A stretch of DNA of 64,000 nucleotides from Somniosus microcephalus (Eukaryota), in the NCBI GenBank assembly GCA_052327205.1, contig CM126203.1, positions 376,278,001-376,342,000 of the forward strand. Direction: 5' to 3'. The position numbers and the translations under genes are program-made. The notes beneath the pieces are model-generated. The model saw only the letters and a program-made list of their open reading frames with translations. It searched no databases and was not told where the DNA came from. Numbering within the stretch: position 1 is the stretch's first letter; every line of letters starts with the position of its first letter. Of this stretch, positions 60,735-64,000 are shown one piece after another.

Positions 60735-63700
60735 TGTGGTAAACCACTGTTTGTATTCCACTGTGTACATGCCTGGAGATGCCTCGGCTGACTCCTCCCA
60801 CAAGTCCTAGTATAAAGGTGACTGCTCCCCAGCCCTTTGTATTTCTGGACCGGTCGACCACTCGAGGCAGACCTTCATTCTTTTGTTAATAAAAGCCTTT
60901 AGTTACTCTCTTAACTCTCAGTCTTTTATGAGTAATTGATAGCGCATCAATTTTATTAACAACATTTTTATAATGGAGAAGATCCTCACACCAGCATGCC
61001 TGGACTTAGATCATCGGGAGGCGGACTCATCCACCAAGTTTACTCACTGGCTTAAGTGTTTCGAAAAATTCGTGACCGCCTCCGCAGCAATCAAATCGGA
61101 CGAGGACAAACTGGATGTCCTGACCTCCAAAGTGAACCACCGAGTGTACTCGGTCATCCAAGACGCGACCTCGTACGCGGACGCTATCAAGCTCCTCAAG
61201 GACCAGTACACGCGCCCAGTGAACGAAGTGTACGCCAGGCACCTTCTGGGGAGTCGTAAACAACAACCTGGGGAATCGACTGTGGAATACCTTCAGGCAC
61301 TGTCTGTGCTTGGCCGGGCCTGTGGTTGTAAGGATGTAAAGGCCGCCGTGTACACAGAGGAACTTATCCGGGACGCTTTTGTAGCGGGCCACAGATCCAA
61401 TTACACCCGACAGCGACTGTTGGAGCAGAGTGACCTCGACCTCAACAAGGCCTCTGAACTCGCACTATCATTGGATGCAGCCTACCGGGGCATGGATGCC
61501 TACTCCTCTGCACCGTGGACGCCACGGGGAATGACAGCCTGGGACACGGTAGGACCGCCTCATAGCGCCGTGCCACCCCAGCCACACCCCAGCAACGGCA
61601 CAACTACCGCAGCGTGTCCCAAGGCCAGACAGCAGTGCCCCAAGGCCAGAAATGCTACTTCTGTGGCCAGGCAAAACACCCCAGAGCGCGCTGCCCGGCG
61701 AAAAACGCGATCTGCTCGGGCTGCGGGAAGAAGGGACACTACGCTAACGTCTGCAGGGCCAAAGCCACCCCGAACCCCAGCAGCGCCGCGTGTGGGCCAT
61801 GCGGGCCGCCATCTTGGGCCTCCCCGGCCATGTGCGAACCACCGGTACAGCAGCCATTTTGGACGCCTCCAGCCACATGGGGATCATGGACGCCGCCATC
61901 TTGGACGACAGCCGGAACGCAGCAGGCCCCCAACACCGCCTCATCTGATACCCGCAGCGACACACCGACCCCTACGCTGGCATCCGTTACACTGGACCAA
62001 GCGAGACCGCACCAGCTGGCCAGTTCCACAATGGACATTAAGGTAAATGGCCACGATACAATCTGCCTTTTTGACTCTGGGAGCACGGAGAGCTTCATCC
62101 ACCCCGACACGGTGCGGCGTTGCTCTCTCCCAGTCCTGCCTGCGCACCAGCGGATTTCTATGGCCTCCGAGTCCCAGTCGGCGGACATCGGCGGCTACTG
62201 CGTAGTGACACTCGTAGTAGACGGGACCGTGTACGATCATTTTAAACTTCTGGTCCTGCCCGACCTCTGCGCTGCCGTCCTGCTGGGGTTAGATTTTCAG
62301 TGCCACCTTAAAAGTGTTACGATGGCGTACGGTGGACCCCTACCCCCACTCACAGTCCGCAGCCAGCAGCTCCAAAATTGCCCGCCGCGCACCAGGTGCA
62401 ACCTCTCCACACTCAGAGTCACCCCCCCCCCCACTGTTTGCTAACCTCACCCCCGACTGTAAGCCCATCGTCACAAAGAGCAGGCGATACAGTGCCGGGG
62501 ACAGGGTTTTCATTAAAACCGAAGTGGAGCGGCTCCTGAAGTAAGGGATTATTGAGGGCAGCACCAGCCCCTGGCGAGCCCAGGTTGTGGTCGTTAAGAC
62601 CGGCGAGAAGCAGCGCCTGGTCATCGACTACAGCCAGACAATAAATCGCTACACCCTGCTGGACGCCTACCCACTCCCCCGCATAGCTGATATGGTCAAC
62701 CAGATCGCGCAGTACCGCGTCTTCTCGACCATTGACCTGAAATCAGCGTACCACCAGCTGCCTATCCGCCCTGAGGACCGCCAGTATACTGCCTTTGAGG
62801 CAAACGGCCGCCTCTACCACTTCCTTAGGGTTCCCTTTGGCGTCACCAACGGGGTCTCCGTCTTCCAAAGGGAGATGGACCGGATGGTAGATCAAAATGC
62901 GTTGCAGGCCACTTTCCCATATCTGGACAATGTGACCATCTGCGGCCGTGACTTGCAGGACCATGACGCAAACCTCGAAAAATTCCTCCGCACCGCCCAA
63001 CTCCTGAACCTGACATATAACAAGGAGAAGTGCATATTCCGCACAAACCGCCTCGCCATCCTTGGCTGTGTTGTGGAACACGGAGTCATCGGCCCCGACC
63101 CCGACCGGATGCGTCCCCTTATGGAACTCCCACTGCCCCACTGCCTCAAGGCCCTGAAGAGGTGCCTAGGGTTTTTCTCCTATTATGCCCAGTGGGTCCC
63201 CTCCTATGCGGACAAGGCCCATCCGCTGATCAAGTCCACCTCTTTTCCCTTGACGGCAGAGGCCCGCTTAGCCTTCCACCGTATCAAGGAAGACATTGCC
63301 AAAGCCACCATGCACGCAGTGGACGAATCCATCCCCTTCCAGGTGGAAAGCGACGCGTCCGACTTTGCCCTGGCCGCTACCCTCAATCAGGCGGGGAGAC
63401 CCGTGGCCTTCTTTTCATGAACCCTCCAAGGCCCGGAGACCAGACACTCCGCTGTTGAGAAGGAGGCCCAGGCGATTGTGGAGGCTGTGCGTCATTGGAG
63501 GCACTACCTGGCCGGAAAACGATTTACCCTGCTCACTGACCAACGTTCAGTTGCTTTCATGTTTAACAGCAAGCAGAGGGGCAAAATCAAAAATGACAAG
63601 ATCTTGAGGTGGAGAATCGAACTTTCCACCTACAATTACGAGATCTTGTACCGGCCCGGGAAGCTCAATGAACCCCCGGATGCGCTATCGCGTGGCACCT

Positions 63701-64000
63701 GCGCCAGCGCGCAGATCGATAGACTGCGGGCCCTCCACAATGACCTCTGCCACCCGGGGGTCACCAGGTTCTTCCACTTCATCAAGGCCCGCAACCTGCC
63801 TTACTCTATTGAGGAGGTCAGGACCATGACCAGGAACTGCCAAGTCTGCGCTGAGTGCAAACCGCACTTTTATAGACCAGACAGGGCCCACCTGATAAAA
63901 GCCACTCGCCCCTTCGAGCGCCTGAGCGTTGATTTTAAAGGGCCTCTCCCCTCCTCCGACCGCAATGTGTACTTCCTCAATATTATTGATGAGTACTCCC
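60735..64000 (+). mobile_element. Ty3/Gypsy YLDN family, copy 2 (runs off the window), inserted in CR1 ORF1
   Basis: 5' LTR 60735-60949 nearly identical to the LTRs at 4965 and 9050; gag from 60973; frameshifts near 61614 and 62430; stops at 62542 and 63418. Confidence 0.95.

Noticed and set aside
60159-60803. 214-aa ORF fusing Gypsy LTR antisense sequence to CR1 ORF1
   Set aside because: Chance in-frame junction with a non-ATG start; no evidence of expression.

Overview
Eukaryotic, vertebrate genomic DNA, almost certainly an elasmobranch (shark/ray). The evidence is an HE1-type V-SINE, abundant CR1 LINEs and spliceosomal introns. There are two host genes. The last four coding exons of a SEMA4F orthologue lie on + (4673-22943: end of Sema domain, PSI, Ig, TM, C-terminal DETSI). 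The terminal exon of a convergent CCDC166/CCDC121-like coiled-coil gene lies on - (39767-40240). Most of the rest is transposable elements. (1) Two near-identical copies of a Ty3/Gypsy family with a YLDN reverse-transcriptase motif and no tRNA primer-binding site; instead a 14-bp LTR/leader fold-back suggests self-priming. (2) A very young CsRn1-clade Gypsy with identical LTRs. (3) A divergent endogenous retrovirus (tRNA-Ser PBS, two CCHC knuckles, in-frame amber gag/pol junction, YVDD RT, signal-peptide env start) forming the base of a multi-layer nested insertion stack from 43.2 kb to the window end. (4) Two-gene Harbinger transposons and their MITEs. (5) Penelope fragments carrying minimal hammerhead ribozymes. 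(6) A CR1 insertion with a twin-priming-type 5' inversion. All family assignments come from motif recognition by eye; no database search was run.
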